From a virus: DNA of 64,000 nt. The notes beneath the pieces are model-generated. The model was not told the DNA's origin, searched no databases, and worked only from the letters and a program-made list of their open reading frames with translations. Where the stretch lies: positions 3,686 through 67,685 of the IMG/VR virus record IMGVR_UViG_3300045988_136686. One strand, given 5' to 3'. Below, in pieces: positions 45,362 to 55,234 of this stretch (positions are counted from its first letter, which is position 1; the number at the start of each line of letters is the position of its first letter). The translations under genes and the position numbers were made by a program.

Positions 45362-45756
45362 AGGCTCAGTATTTGTTTCCGGTTCTTCGATGTCGACACA
45401 TAAGACACGTGCACCCAACTGTAATTGCTCTCGTCAATCAACTGGTCGAAGGGAAGGTTATCCCGAATCAACTCGAACAGCTTCTTGTTCTCCGTCTTGC
45501 TCCCTGCCGTTATATCCGCCGCCTCGCCCCTCATGTGCTGGCTCGTTTTCGCACCACCCACAGCGGCATTGAGTTTGGAACAACGATAGCCCGAATTGAC
45601 GGTTATCGCCTTCCCGTACATCTCCCGCAGTGGGTCTAAAACATGGGTGACAAGGTTCGACAACTGGGCCGACACTTCGGTCGTCGGGGTATTGTCTATA
45701 CCCAGTTTATCGGCCGTTGAACTCTTTGTGAGTTCTTTCATCGTGAAGTATTTCAT
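45358..45756 (-). CDS. endolysin, peptidase M15 (D-Ala-D-Ala carboxypeptidase-like)
   Basis: 132 aa. VNSGYRCSKLNAAVGGAKTSQHMRGEAADI and WVHVSY zinc-ligand pattern. Confidence 0.8.
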   Translation of the reverse strand: MKYFTMKELTKSSTADKLGIDNTPTTEVSAQLSNLVTHVLDPLREMYGKAITVNSGYRCSKLNAAVGGAKTSQHMRGEAADITAGSKTENKKLFELIRDNLPFDQLIDESNYSWVHVSYVSTSKNRKQILSL

Positions 45757-46037
45757 ATCTCGAAGATTAAGTTTTCCATGTTGTTAATTCTGTCCGGCTC
45801 AGATACGAGCAAATCCTCTTCCGGAAATTTTTCTTGAAATTCTTTCCATAACAGATACTCCATTTCCATGTATTCTTCACTGCCTCTTCTTATGCTTTCA
45901 GGAGAGACCTCCACGATATGGAAGTTGGTCTGTATGTCGTAGGCATACCTGATACTTATTCCCGGTATTTTCGAGGCAATCGATTGAATCGTCTCGATGA
46001 CAAAATCCTGTACATTCTTATTCATGTCTTTCTTCAT
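45753..46037 (-). CDS. hypothetical protein
   Basis: Start trimmed to MKKDMNKN, because the upstream part of the track ORF is occupied by a terminator hairpin. Confidence 0.5.
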   Translation of the reverse strand: MKKDMNKNVQDFVIETIQSIASKIPGISIRYAYDIQTNFHIVEVSPESIRRGSEEYMEMEYLLWKEFQEKFPEEDLLVSEPDRINNMENLIFEI

Positions 46038-46047
46038 TTTTGGCGAC

Positions 46048-46080
46048 AAAAAAAGCGGTGACTTTTTTAGAATCACCGCT
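46048..46080 (-). terminator. intrinsic terminator of the PanA-like cassette
   Basis: Minus strand reads AGCGGTGA-loop-TCACCGCT followed by TTTTTTT. Confidence 0.7.
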
Positions 46081-46162
46081 TGTAACGAATGTATGAGAGA
46101 GTAGCCTTAGGGTTAGGCTTATCCGTTATTGAAAATGGGACAAACGTAGGCCGAAGGCATTA

Positions 46163-46351
46163 TCAATCCTCTCTCCTCAATTCATCGAGCCATTGTACTG
46201 GGTCGACATCTTTTAGACGAGGATAAGCCTTTTCGATTAAAGAATTTAAATAACTTTCATCGAATTTTGGAGAATAATCAGCCGGTATCGGAGGTTTAGA
46301 ATCCGTATCGGACGAGTTCTGGACATAGGGGAATGAACCTTTTGTATCCAT
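46163..46351 (-). CDS. hypothetical small protein
   Basis: Start trimmed to MDTKGSFPYV, 12 nt after the upstream stop. Confidence 0.45.
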   Translation of the reverse strand: MDTKGSFPYVQNSSDTDSKPPIPADYSPKFDESYLNSLIEKAYPRLKDVDPVQWLDELRRED

Positions 46352-46362
46352 GTGAACAATGT

Positions 46363-46710
46363 TTATTTTTTTCGGTTCGGGAAAATACCCTTTAATACGA
46401 TATTGGCTAAACCTAATACATTGATAGTTGTCGTAGCCAGTAGAGATATCAATATTTCCGGTCCCAATGAAAATAATCCGATCCCGCAAAATACAAGAAT
46501 GGCAATTACTATGAATAACCATATGGGGATAATCCACATGACCCATCTGGCCAAATGTTTACGAAATTGTGTATCTTGTGAATATCGCTCCCGTATTTGT
46601 TCGGATAAATTCTTGTCGTCTATATCGCCCAAATTTGAGTCGGGAGAAATATGGACACCATTCTCACTACGTAAATCCAAGCCGCTAAAAGAATCTTTCT
46701 GTTTAGTCAT
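46363..46710 (-). CDS. membrane protein, candidate Panacea-associated toxin
   Basis: 115 aa. Hydrophobic helices WVMWIIPIWLFIVIAILVFCGIGLF and ILISLLATTTINVLGLANIVL. ATGA overlap with the upstream Panacea gene. Confidence 0.5.
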   Translation of the reverse strand: MTKQKDSFSGLDLRSENGVHISPDSNLGDIDDKNLSEQIRERYSQDTQFRKHLARWVMWIIPIWLFIVIAILVFCGIGLFSLGPEILISLLATTTINVLGLANIVLKGIFPNRKK

Positions 46711-47219
46711 GCTTTGGGAGAAATTAGTGTCTTAAAATACTCTTGGATATAACTATCCGGGATTCTATCCCCCCAGCTGAATGAAGGCTGCTTAACGGTC
46801 CTATCCCACGGAGAACCGGGCTTGTGAGACCATTCCGTCAGATAGGCGGCAGTTTTAGAACCATAGCTGCCAAAGACCAGTTTCATCAGAGATTCCATTT
46901 CGGAATCACGGGCTATTTTTTCAAGGTTTTCATCAGAAAGGGAAATTTCTGAAAAATCCTTTTTTATCAATTTATTTCGAGTGGTCGGGAAAACCGGACC
47001 ATACGGCCAAGCCTGAGGGTGCTCGTTTGTCAAGCGTTCGTTCTTTACGTAAAGATATACTCCATAAGCTATATACAACAACTTTTGAAGCTTAGTCATG
47101 TTAATGAAAAACTTATTCTGGTTAGCAAACGCAATGATATAGTTTGCAACCGTAACGCTATCGTATTTATAGGTATCGCTTATCATCTTGTTGCAAAGTA
47201 ACAAAAAATATCGTAACAT
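46707..47219 (-). CDS. Panacea (DUF4065) domain antitoxin-like protein
   Basis: 170 aa. TKLQKLLYIAYGVYL, HPQAWPYGPVFP and LTEWSHKPGSPWDRT. Confidence 0.7.
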   Translation of the reverse strand: MLRYFLLLCNKMISDTYKYDSVTVANYIIAFANQNKFFINMTKLQKLLYIAYGVYLYVKNERLTNEHPQAWPYGPVFPTTRNKLIKKDFSEISLSDENLEKIARDSEMESLMKLVFGSYGSKTAAYLTEWSHKPGSPWDRTVKQPSFSWGDRIPDSYIQEYFKTLISPKA

Positions 47220-47319
47220 GCAACCAATTCTTATACTTTTTTACGATAAATCAAACGGTGATTCCAAGAAGTCAAAGAACGCTTTCCCGTCGCCGGGTTA
47301 TAAAAATTCATTTTTTTCG

Positions 47320-47589
47320 TCAGGCAATCCAAACTTCGATTTGAATCACCAGCCCGCCCAGTATGGTCGCCAGCAAGTCGGCATACGACCAAGCCCCCGG
47401 CTTCTTCCACTCGTCGGCAGCCTCCTTGATACAGCCCGCTATGGCAGAGAACAGCACACAATATTCCGCCGTCGCACCTATCACGATGGCGAAGAAAGAG
47501 GCGATGACACCTCCTGCGATAAAATGCAGCAGCTTGTCGTGGGGAATAGACAATAACAACCCTTTGATTCTCTCCAAAATTTTCTTCAT
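47320..47589 (-). CDS. holin-like small membrane protein
   Basis: 89 aa with 2-3 hydrophobic segments, located upstream of the lysis genes. Confidence 0.4.
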   Translation of the reverse strand: MKKILERIKGLLLSIPHDKLLHFIAGGVIASFFAIVIGATAEYCVLFSAIAGCIKEAADEWKKPGAWSYADLLATILGGLVIQIEVWIA

Positions 47590-47590
47590 A

Positions 47591-48196
47591 TTATTCGTTA
47601 TTTAATCGGTGATAAAAATCGAGCTTGATACGGTCATAGACAGAAAATACATTGGTTTTAGCCCTGTCATCGTTCACCGTATGGACATATATCTCGTTCT
47701 CGACAACCTCTGCCACCCAGTCTATCCATTCAGGATTGGTATAACATGAAAGACGTTTACCCCGATAGGTAAAGTAGTCGAAACGGCTGTTCCTGTCCTC
47801 GTACTGGTTCGTGAGATTTCCGATAATTTTTTCATGCGTCCTATTCCTGTCGGATATATGGTTTTCCTTCCTAACTTGTTCGATAATTTCCAAAACCCGT
47901 CTGGCGGAAAGGTTGAAAAATTCACTCGTCATGTTCTTTATTCGAAGCTGCGTTTCCGGTCTAAGACCTTCCGATATGTCGGACAACATGTTATTCTGGT
48001 CGTTCGTTTTTTCGATAAGCTCTTTCAGGGATTCGCCGTAATCCTCCATACTCTTGGTGATAATCGATTTGAACCACTTGAAGCAGGCCACCATCATCAT
48101 GGCCGACAACACCAAGAAGAATGCTGCGGTCATCACCAAGAACCCCTGTTCGCTTATCCCTCTGGCCACCTCCGTAGCCTCGTTTATCCCTCCCAT
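47591..48196 (-). CDS. membrane-anchored hypothetical protein
   Basis: 201 aa. N-terminal TM helix FLVMTAAFFLVLSAMMMVACF. Confidence 0.5.
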   Translation of the reverse strand: MGGINEATEVARGISEQGFLVMTAAFFLVLSAMMMVACFKWFKSIITKSMEDYGESLKELIEKTNDQNNMLSDISEGLRPETQLRIKNMTSEFFNLSARRVLEIIEQVRKENHISDRNRTHEKIIGNLTNQYEDRNSRFDYFTYRGKRLSCYTNPEWIDWVAEVVENEIYVHTVNDDRAKTNVFSVYDRIKLDFYHRLNNE

Positions 48197-48197
48197 A

Positions 48198-48584
48198 TCA
48201 ATGTTTCTGTTTTTCGATTAACAATATAGCTTCCTCTTTGCAGGATTCCGCATAGGCGTTATAAGCCTCGAACTCCTCTGCTTTCGTACCTCTTTGCCGA
48301 AGTATCGCCAACTCCTCCGACAAGGTATATTTCCGACGTATTAACTCGTTTACCGTTTCTCCGTAGTCCATTGGTACGTGAGGTGTTTCCGTGCCGTCCT
48401 CCGTCGCTTCCGGTGCGTCCACATATTCATAGACTATCGCCCCGTTCCGGTAATACATCACGGGTATTTTTCCGGGTATCTCTTCGGGAGATGGGATAGA
48501 ATCTATTCGTATGAATCCTTCTATCAGGGTTTCGCCATAATATATGGATTCAACTTTATCGTCATTGAGCTTAATTTGTATCAT
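48198..48584 (-). CDS. hypothetical protein (tail fibre accessory position)
   Basis: 128 aa. Overlaps the upstream fibre gene stop. Confidence 0.5.
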   Translation of the reverse strand: MIQIKLNDDKVESIYYGETLIEGFIRIDSIPSPEEIPGKIPVMYYRNGAIVYEYVDAPEATEDGTETPHVPMDYGETVNELIRRKYTLSEELAILRQRGTKAEEFEAYNAYAESCKEEAILLIEKQKH

Positions 48585-50026
48585 ACTATCTCAATTTTAA
48601 TATAATCAGTACTCAAATAACACATGAAATTCCTATTCAAAAAGAACCCTGCTAAACAAACACCGTTGTTCGATATGGCAATGTCATCTTTATAAAGCAA
48701 GTTAACTCTTGCATTCGTTTTCAGATTGTAGGTCAATAACTGCTGGATATTCCAAGCTTCTATATTTACCTTTGTCAAGCAAATGACAGAAGTACCCCTT
48801 TCAAATTTGGTGTTCAAATAGTACTTATCTGAAAAATTAGTTCCGCTATAACTTGCCAGCCAAGTGTGATTGCTATCATGTGGCTGTATAAATGTGCAAC
48901 TCTTAGAGCATTCATGCGAGTATATAAATACATCTTTGTCTTTTAATAATGTTACTTTTTCGGAGTAATCGAAAGAACTTAATTCCTCCAATTCCGTGCT
49001 GAATTTCATCAATTTGTTTTGGGCGCAAATCGTGATGAAATCTGCATTTATATCGCACCCGGAAATCTCACCTGAATATAGTCCCGTATCTACTAATTCG
49101 AGGGTGTTTTCGTTCAATGTGTATAACGACTTTGAGATAGCAGAGAAACAATAGATAGTACCATTTACATTATATATTTTATTTTTTTGTTCGCGGTATG
49201 AAACAGAGTCGTTTTTAGTCGATAGTTCAGTTTCACCTGTATATCTGTTTATCTTATGAATTGTACCGGTATTATTCCCGAACTGGTAGAGGTAATCTCC
49301 CTTTACAGTTATACATTTACCTATTGTACACCACGACCTATGCTCCCATATCAATTCGCCGCTCCATGAAATACATAAAATTGCCTCTCCCCAAATACAT
49401 AAGTATAGATAATCCTTTTCCGCCCATATACCTATTGGCCAAATGTAATGTTGTTGCTTTCTATTATATTTTAAATAAATCCGTCCCGTTCGTTCGCCGG
49501 AAAACCTATTCTCTATACTTTCTGCCGCTTGGTTCGCTTTCTCGGCTGCCTCATTGGCGAGAGTTGCCGAGTTGTTAGCTTCTGTTGCGGCATTCTCCGC
49601 ATTTCCTGCCGCTGTGTTGGCGTTCGATGTGGCTGTGTTTGTATCGGAAATAAGTCCTTCGAGCGTAGTTTGCATTTTGGAAAAACTCGACTCTCTTTGG
49701 AATTCCGCTTCGGCTCTCTCACTCTCCGCCGAGGCACGGCTGCTTTCAGCAGATTCCCGTTTTGCTTCTTCTGCCGTCAACTTGACACCGAGAGCCTTTA
49801 TATCCGAGGTCGCTTTATTGGCATTTTCAGCCGCTTGATTGGCGACTGCCGCCGCCTCTGTCGCAGGGCGTTGAAGATCGGCGATTTGCTCCGGCGTAAA
49901 ATCGTCGTAGGTAAAAGGGTCTCCTTTATCTCCTTTTTCACCGGGCAGGGCAACCATTTCTTCCACCACGGCGGCATCGGGCACTACCACCTGCTCATGA
50001 ACAATTATGCAATCACTATCTGCCAT
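48581..50026 (-). CDS. tail fibre-like protein
   Basis: 481 aa. Collagen-like GEKGDKGDP, then an Ala/Asn/Glu-rich coiled region, then a distinct C-terminal domain. Confidence 0.6.
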   Translation of the reverse strand: MADSDCIIVHEQVVVPDAAVVEEMVALPGEKGDKGDPFTYDDFTPEQIADLQRPATEAAAVANQAAENANKATSDIKALGVKLTAEEAKRESAESSRASAESERAEAEFQRESSFSKMQTTLEGLISDTNTATSNANTAAGNAENAATEANNSATLANEAAEKANQAAESIENRFSGERTGRIYLKYNRKQQHYIWPIGIWAEKDYLYLCIWGEAILCISWSGELIWEHRSWCTIGKCITVKGDYLYQFGNNTGTIHKINRYTGETELSTKNDSVSYREQKNKIYNVNGTIYCFSAISKSLYTLNENTLELVDTGLYSGEISGCDINADFITICAQNKLMKFSTELEELSSFDYSEKVTLLKDKDVFIYSHECSKSCTFIQPHDSNHTWLASYSGTNFSDKYYLNTKFERGTSVICLTKVNIEAWNIQQLLTYNLKTNARVNLLYKDDIAISNNGVCLAGFFLNRNFMCYLSTDYIKIEIV

Positions 50027-50027
50027 A

Positions 50028-50375
50028 TCACTTGATGATTATATTGGTTTTGTAAACATCTCCATAGTCCCATTTGCCGTCATCGAAATCGGCATCCTCT
50101 ATCCAGTAATGCCTCTCGACCGTGAGCAAGCCATAGCGGAAAGTTCCGGAATTGAATATGCCGTACAGCACGCCGTCACGGAACACACAGTTCTTACGTG
50201 TCTTCCCGTCGTAGCTCACTTCGCAACAACAACCGGCCTCGTCCTTGTAGATGAACTTAAACTTCTTCGTCTCGGCATCGATCGGGCTCCCGTTCTTGTC
50301 CTCAAATCCAATGGTAAACTTAATATCCTCCCACGAGTATTTCTCTTCGTACTTTTTGTCACTCATCGCTGCCAT
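50028..50375 (-). CDS. hypothetical tail-module protein
   Basis: 115 aa ORF. Confidence 0.5.
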   Translation of the reverse strand: MAAMSDKKYEEKYSWEDIKFTIGFEDKNGSPIDAETKKFKFIYKDEAGCCCEVSYDGKTRKNCVFRDGVLYGIFNSGTFRYGLLTVERHYWIEDADFDDGKWDYGDVYKTNIIIK

Positions 50376-50598
50376 CGGATAATGCGTTGAACATTTTTTC
50401 CACCAGAGCTTTCGTTTCCTCGACCGTGGAGGTCATGGAATAGACATTCATGTTAAAACTGCCTTGCCCGACAGTGACATGGCCTTTTTCCACACCGTTT
50501 TCCACAATTCGGTAATTGACCGCTTGCAGGGTTTCCACAGTCTCTTTTCCGTTGAACGAACGGCTGATGTTTTCGCTGATTTTTACTAACTCAATCAT
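50359..50598 (-). CDS. hypothetical tail-module protein
   Basis: 79 aa ORF. Confidence 0.5.
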   Translation of the reverse strand: MIELVKISENISRSFNGKETVETLQAVNYRIVENGVEKGHVTVGQGSFNMNVYSMTSTVEETKALVEKMFNALSDGSDE

Positions 50599-50616
50599 AA
50601 TGTTTTGTATTTATGG

Positions 50617-51888
50617 TTAACTGATAATCCCGCTGTCGGGAATGTCGAATGTCACGTTTTTGGATAGTGAGTCGAGTTGGACGCCGGCCTCGCCCGACGA
50701 GGAGACCCCATACACGGAACAGGTCAGGTAATAGGTATGGGCTCCCGGTGGAAGGTCCGGATGTATCGTCCCCAAAGGGATATTCAAAATGAGAATCCCT
50801 GCTCCCTTGTATTCGTAATCATATATCGCGAGGAATCCGGACCCCGAAATGCGGAAGGTGTATTTCTCACCCACCGGAGGATTTCCGTTCGGAAAACTGA
50901 TACGCACCTGAAAGTAACTCGAAAGAAAATTGAAATACATGATTTTAATCGGGGTATATGTGCTGTTTATCTCGGCTGTCATGGCTATCGATGTGGGTAT
51001 GGGGAAATAATCCGCCACGGTGATCTGTTTGTCGACCCCTGTCCAGTATTTGAACGACTTCTTATCGATAAGGAACAATGTCACCTTCAAATTCGTCCCT
51101 ATCGAATCCTCCCCCGGAAATGTGTCGCTCTGTCCGACAGGAAGTATCGGCGGAGTAGTACCGTCACTGAAAAACTTGACCTTGAAAGCGGAGTACCACA
51201 CATTGCCCACCCGCAAGGTGGTTACGGTATTTGTCGAGGTATTTGTCAGCAATCGGGCAAAACTGCTTCCATTTCCATCGGTTGCCAAAATAGCCGGGTA
51301 ATAATCGCCGATACTCTTGTCGGAGGCCAGCGACAGCCACGACTCGACGGGTACGCCGGTAGGATTCACCGAAGTGTCGTAATAGTTAATATCGACAAAA
51401 AGATACGGCACGTCCGCACTGATTTCGTCAATTTTACTTCCGGTAAGATTAGGTTCCGCATTGTGGTCGTAGCCGTCGAAATCGCTCAGGCGGCAAAAAT
51501 CCGTCCCCGAGTGAGGATAGGCGACATAATCGAAAGAGGTATCATGGATAGCGACGATATTCGTGCCGTGCGGTATCGTAGCTTTCAAGCCATAGCGTAT
51601 GCCTTGATTCTTATCCGTTTCGCTTCCTTCCCATTGATTGATGTATGTCGTGACCCCGCCGGATTGCTGAGGATAGTTGTCGGATAGCGGTGCAGCCTGC
51701 GGATAGCGCACGGGTTTATGACGACTCCATTTGTTGATACGTCCCGGACGGCCACCCTGCAACAGGGGACGTTCGAGGGCAACGATGTCGGCCACGTCCC
51801 ATACCCCGTTTGCCGGGTATATTCCCAGCAGATTATACGGGTCGGTTATCGCTACCGGGGCTACGATCTTGTTTTTATCGATGGCCAT
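50617..51888 (-). CDS. hypothetical tail/baseplate protein
   Basis: 423 aa, directly downstream of the large fibre gene. Confidence 0.55.
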   Translation of the reverse strand: MAIDKNKIVAPVAITDPYNLLGIYPANGVWDVADIVALERPLLQGGRPGRINKWSRHKPVRYPQAAPLSDNYPQQSGGVTTYINQWEGSETDKNQGIRYGLKATIPHGTNIVAIHDTSFDYVAYPHSGTDFCRLSDFDGYDHNAEPNLTGSKIDEISADVPYLFVDINYYDTSVNPTGVPVESWLSLASDKSIGDYYPAILATDGNGSSFARLLTNTSTNTVTTLRVGNVWYSAFKVKFFSDGTTPPILPVGQSDTFPGEDSIGTNLKVTLFLIDKKSFKYWTGVDKQITVADYFPIPTSIAMTAEINSTYTPIKIMYFNFLSSYFQVRISFPNGNPPVGEKYTFRISGSGFLAIYDYEYKGAGILILNIPLGTIHPDLPPGAHTYYLTCSVYGVSSSGEAGVQLDSLSKNVTFDIPDSGIIS

Positions 51889-51892
51889 AGGC

Positions 51893-54800
51893 TCACTTTC
51901 CTCCTTTCCCTTTTAATTCGGACAATTCTTTTTTCAATCGTTCTATATCTTCCATAAGGGCTTTAACCAGACGGGCGGTCTCCTGCGTTGCCCCGGCTAT
52001 GGTGTTGATATAGTCGGGCGACAGGTAGTTCAGAGCCCCGTAACCGTCCCCCGTTTCGTAGGCCATCGATGGCAATACCTCTTTCACCTTTTGGTACAAC
52101 AGCCCCGTATGGGCTTCCCCGTCCACACCGCCCTTGTTACGCTTCCGTGCTTTTTCGGTGTATCGGAAATCGCATACCCTGCCCATCGCCAAGAGGCGGT
52201 CGGTATAACTTCGGGTATAGTCGAAATCTCGCTTCAAACGCATGTCCGAAGTCGTTAGAGCGGTGACCGAGCCTTGTGCCGAGATATTGCCTTGCGACGA
52301 TATATCCCCTCCGGCCGTGATGTTACCGTCCGATGTGACACTCTCCTTTGACCTTATGTTATTCGTCGCCACAATCCTTCCGGAGGAGATGGAGACAGAC
52401 TTACTCCCGGTCGAAAGGTTTATACCCTTAGCCCTGATTACATTCGCTCCATCGATGTCTCCCTTCATCGTTATATCCCGGACTCCCGACAGACTTCCGG
52501 ACACATCGTTCGATCCGTCAAACGGATTTCCCCAAATCGTCCGGATATTTTTAAGCCTGTCGGCGGCGATGGAATCGTTATCCGTCAAGGCGACAGACGG
52601 GGTCACCACGGTCAGCTTGCTCACGCCGACTGCCGGCATGGGAGACAACGATATACTATCCACACAGTTCTCGCAAGTCCCGTTCAAAGCCCCGTATGTG
52701 TTATAGACGAATATGGAGCAGGTCTGGTAATCGGTCTTGGCCGAAACCCAAAAGCACACGTGTCCCCCGTACAAGAACACCTTCACGTCACCCAAATCGT
52801 CACCGAAATGCGTACCGGCCGTAGCCGTAAACTCGACATCGTTCGGGGCATAATTATACGCCTGTACGATCGTATTGATAATTCGTCGGCTATAATATCC
52901 ATTTCCGATCAGATGCAACGTCAACATAGCCGCCTCGGCCTCTTCGACTTTCGTGCGAATCAACCACCCGTTTCCGGTGGCTGTCTCATACATGCCGCCC
53001 CTCTTATACAGGAAAGCCCCGTTGTCAAGTCCGTTCAACTTTTTCGCATTGTCCGATTCGACCGCACGTCCGACTGTCAGCCCCGTATATGTACCGCTCA
53101 CGTTGTTTATCTCGGCCAGCGAATAGGTAGGCTTGTTCGGCTGCTGCACCCAATCGTACAGGGTTATGCCTTTGGTGACAACGATATTACCACCCGTTTT
53201 GCTGATCGCCGTCACCACATTGCCTGTACCTATCGTAGATGCGCCGGCGTTGGCGAGTTTCCAAATCTCGTTGATGGTGTAGGCGTTGAAGGTATCGGTA
53301 AGGGTGGCGTTGTCGAATGCGCCGCCCAGATCGTCGAACCCATGAACGAGCTTGATGAGCCCTCCTTCACCACCGCCACCCCCTTCCCCACGCCATACAC
53401 CAAGAGCGGATATTCCACCCTGTGAATACACATTAAATTTCGAGTATATCGTATTTTCCAACTCTGTGTCGAATTTCCACATATCGTTAATACGGGCAAA
53501 TCCTTCCTGCATTTGTTTTACAGTCCGTTGATACGATTGTTGCAGGGAAGCCGTCATATCATTGATGGCAGAAATCAAGTCGATATTCTTATTGGCAGAT
53601 GCAACCTCTTCTTTCAGTTCTTGCGTATTCCCTTTTATTAGGTTGTTCCCGATGGTAATAGTCTGTTCGAAAGGATAGTCGAGTTTGGTTGTAAGGCTTA
53701 TAACACGAGTAACATATGAATATCCTGCGTTTATGTATTCGACTTTTCTTCCTATGGATAAATCAGGATTGTTTTCATCGAACACCACAGGATTAGATGA
53801 AAACTGGTAGTTGTTTTGGTCGGAAGAAAGCCGTTCTATTTCTTCGTTCATAGCTGTTTCCAGCCGTATGTACGCCGAATCTGTATATTCTTCCGGCATT
53901 TTGACGTTGAATAGGATAATATCGTCATTTTCCGACGGTATAAGTCCCGTAATAGCAGGGATAATATAGTTACCTTCTTCCTCTTTATATTTAATCTCGA
54001 AATCTCCTTTTTTGACTTCGAAGCTTATGCCATCATCACTCGTTATTGTTTTACTCTCATCATGGTATATAAGCTCAAATTCCATACCTTGCAAAGCCCC
54101 CGATTGGAAATGTACCGAAGGTTCCTTATTTGGTATACGCATACCATTCGGATTTTTTTCTTCGTCATAAGGGGAATTGTCGAAGTTAAATTCCGGTATT
54201 TGAAAATACCATATCGCATATTGGTCGTATATAGGGTCTCCATTTTCATCTGTGCCTATCTGTATTTTATCATTCGTTTCCGAGTCTATACGCCACATAA
54301 GGCGGAATCTGACATCTGATATGGAGAGTTCCGATGAAGGGTATATATCATCGAACAGTAGGATTTTGCTAAATATCTCTCCCTGTTGAAGGTTTGGCCT
54401 TATATCTTTATATCCGTTCGGATATTTTTTAGGGTCAAGAGTCAGCCGTTTGTTGACCAAATTGTTGACATTAGCACCTTTGTATTCCTGTACGATGTTT
54501 CGAGTTGACCCGAATGCGTAAAATCGGGTATAATACCCATCTTTTCCCTCCGTAACCGAAGGTGTATTGATGTTTTCACCAACTTCGAGAGAAACAACAG
54601 CTCCATGTTCGGATTTCGACAGATGAATAATCATGGAATCTTTCTCAACCCACCATTCTGTATCAAACGCAGATGCTATACTGTTCAAGGCAGACAATAT
54701 GTCGATTGATTGGAAAGACAAAGAAGTGGAAGCGTTAAGAGAAGAATCGACGGCGTAAGTCCATGTATCCCCGGTTTCGTTCTCGATAGCCTTACAAATA

Positions 54801-55186
54801 ACACTCATGAAATTGGCCGGGTTATCGGTAAGAGACCAATCCGGCTCCCGATTCGTTATCTCGTTATTCTCATCGTAAGAATACATGAAAAAAGGCACTT
54901 TACCCCATGATATAAATTTCGAATGAAATTGTGGTTTGTATTGAAATTCGACCTCGTTCTTTTGTTCTGGATTATATGGATCCAAAAGAGAATATTTCTC
55001 ACCATCGAGTATGATATAAGCCCCTACCGGAATCTCTTCATTTTGGTCCGAGTTCCACGACAATTCTACATAATCTGATTTCATCAATTCCTCTACATGA
55101 ACACATTCTTCTGTTATAGGAACTGATAAAATAGTCTCTCCTTGTATGTTTTTAATGTCTATCATGATGGTTTCGTATATCTTCAT
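51893..55186 (-). CDS. tail fibre/spike protein with C-terminal intramolecular chaperone (peptidase S74-like) domain
   Basis: 1097 aa. C-terminal TSDMRLKRDF...GLLYQKVKEVLP...GALNYL fits the auto-cleaving chaperone domain of tail spikes. Confidence 0.75.
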   Translation of the reverse strand: MKIYETIMIDIKNIQGETILSVPITEECVHVEELMKSDYVELSWNSDQNEEIPVGAYIILDGEKYSLLDPYNPEQKNEVEFQYKPQFHSKFISWGKVPFFMYSYDENNEITNREPDWSLTDNPANFMSVICKAIENETGDTWTYAVDSSLNASTSLSFQSIDILSALNSIASAFDTEWWVEKDSMIIHLSKSEHGAVVSLEVGENINTPSVTEGKDGYYTRFYAFGSTRNIVQEYKGANVNNLVNKRLTLDPKKYPNGYKDIRPNLQQGEIFSKILLFDDIYPSSELSISDVRFRLMWRIDSETNDKIQIGTDENGDPIYDQYAIWYFQIPEFNFDNSPYDEEKNPNGMRIPNKEPSVHFQSGALQGMEFELIYHDESKTITSDDGISFEVKKGDFEIKYKEEEGNYIIPAITGLIPSENDDIILFNVKMPEEYTDSAYIRLETAMNEEIERLSSDQNNYQFSSNPVVFDENNPDLSIGRKVEYINAGYSYVTRVISLTTKLDYPFEQTITIGNNLIKGNTQELKEEVASANKNIDLISAINDMTASLQQSYQRTVKQMQEGFARINDMWKFDTELENTIYSKFNVYSQGGISALGVWRGEGGGGGEGGLIKLVHGFDDLGGAFDNATLTDTFNAYTINEIWKLANAGASTIGTGNVVTAISKTGGNIVVTKGITLYDWVQQPNKPTYSLAEINNVSGTYTGLTVGRAVESDNAKKLNGLDNGAFLYKRGGMYETATGNGWLIRTKVEEAEAAMLTLHLIGNGYYSRRIINTIVQAYNYAPNDVEFTATAGTHFGDDLGDVKVFLYGGHVCFWVSAKTDYQTCSIFVYNTYGALNGTCENCVDSISLSPMPAVGVSKLTVVTPSVALTDNDSIAADRLKNIRTIWGNPFDGSNDVSGSLSGVRDITMKGDIDGANVIRAKGINLSTGSKSVSISSGRIVATNNIRSKESVTSDGNITAGGDISSQGNISAQGSVTALTTSDMRLKRDFDYTRSYTDRLLAMGRVCDFRYTEKARKRNKGGVDGEAHTGLLYQKVKEVLPSMAYETGDGYGALNYLSPDYINTIAGATQETARLVKALMEDIERLKKELSELKGKGGK

Positions 55187-55234
55187 ACGATTTCAGTCAA
55201 AGATAATAAAAGTGTATGAAAAACATGTACTTTT

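Noticed and set aside
50677-51687. 336-aa plus-strand ORF
   Set aside because: It is antisense to the 423-aa tail-module gene. It is Arg/Gly/Ile-rich and low-complexity, and it runs opposite to the whole operon. I treat it as a shadow ORF.
48581-55186. Diversity-generating retroelement targeting the tail fibres
   Set aside because: I found no reverse transcriptase ORF and no template/variable repeat pair in the window.
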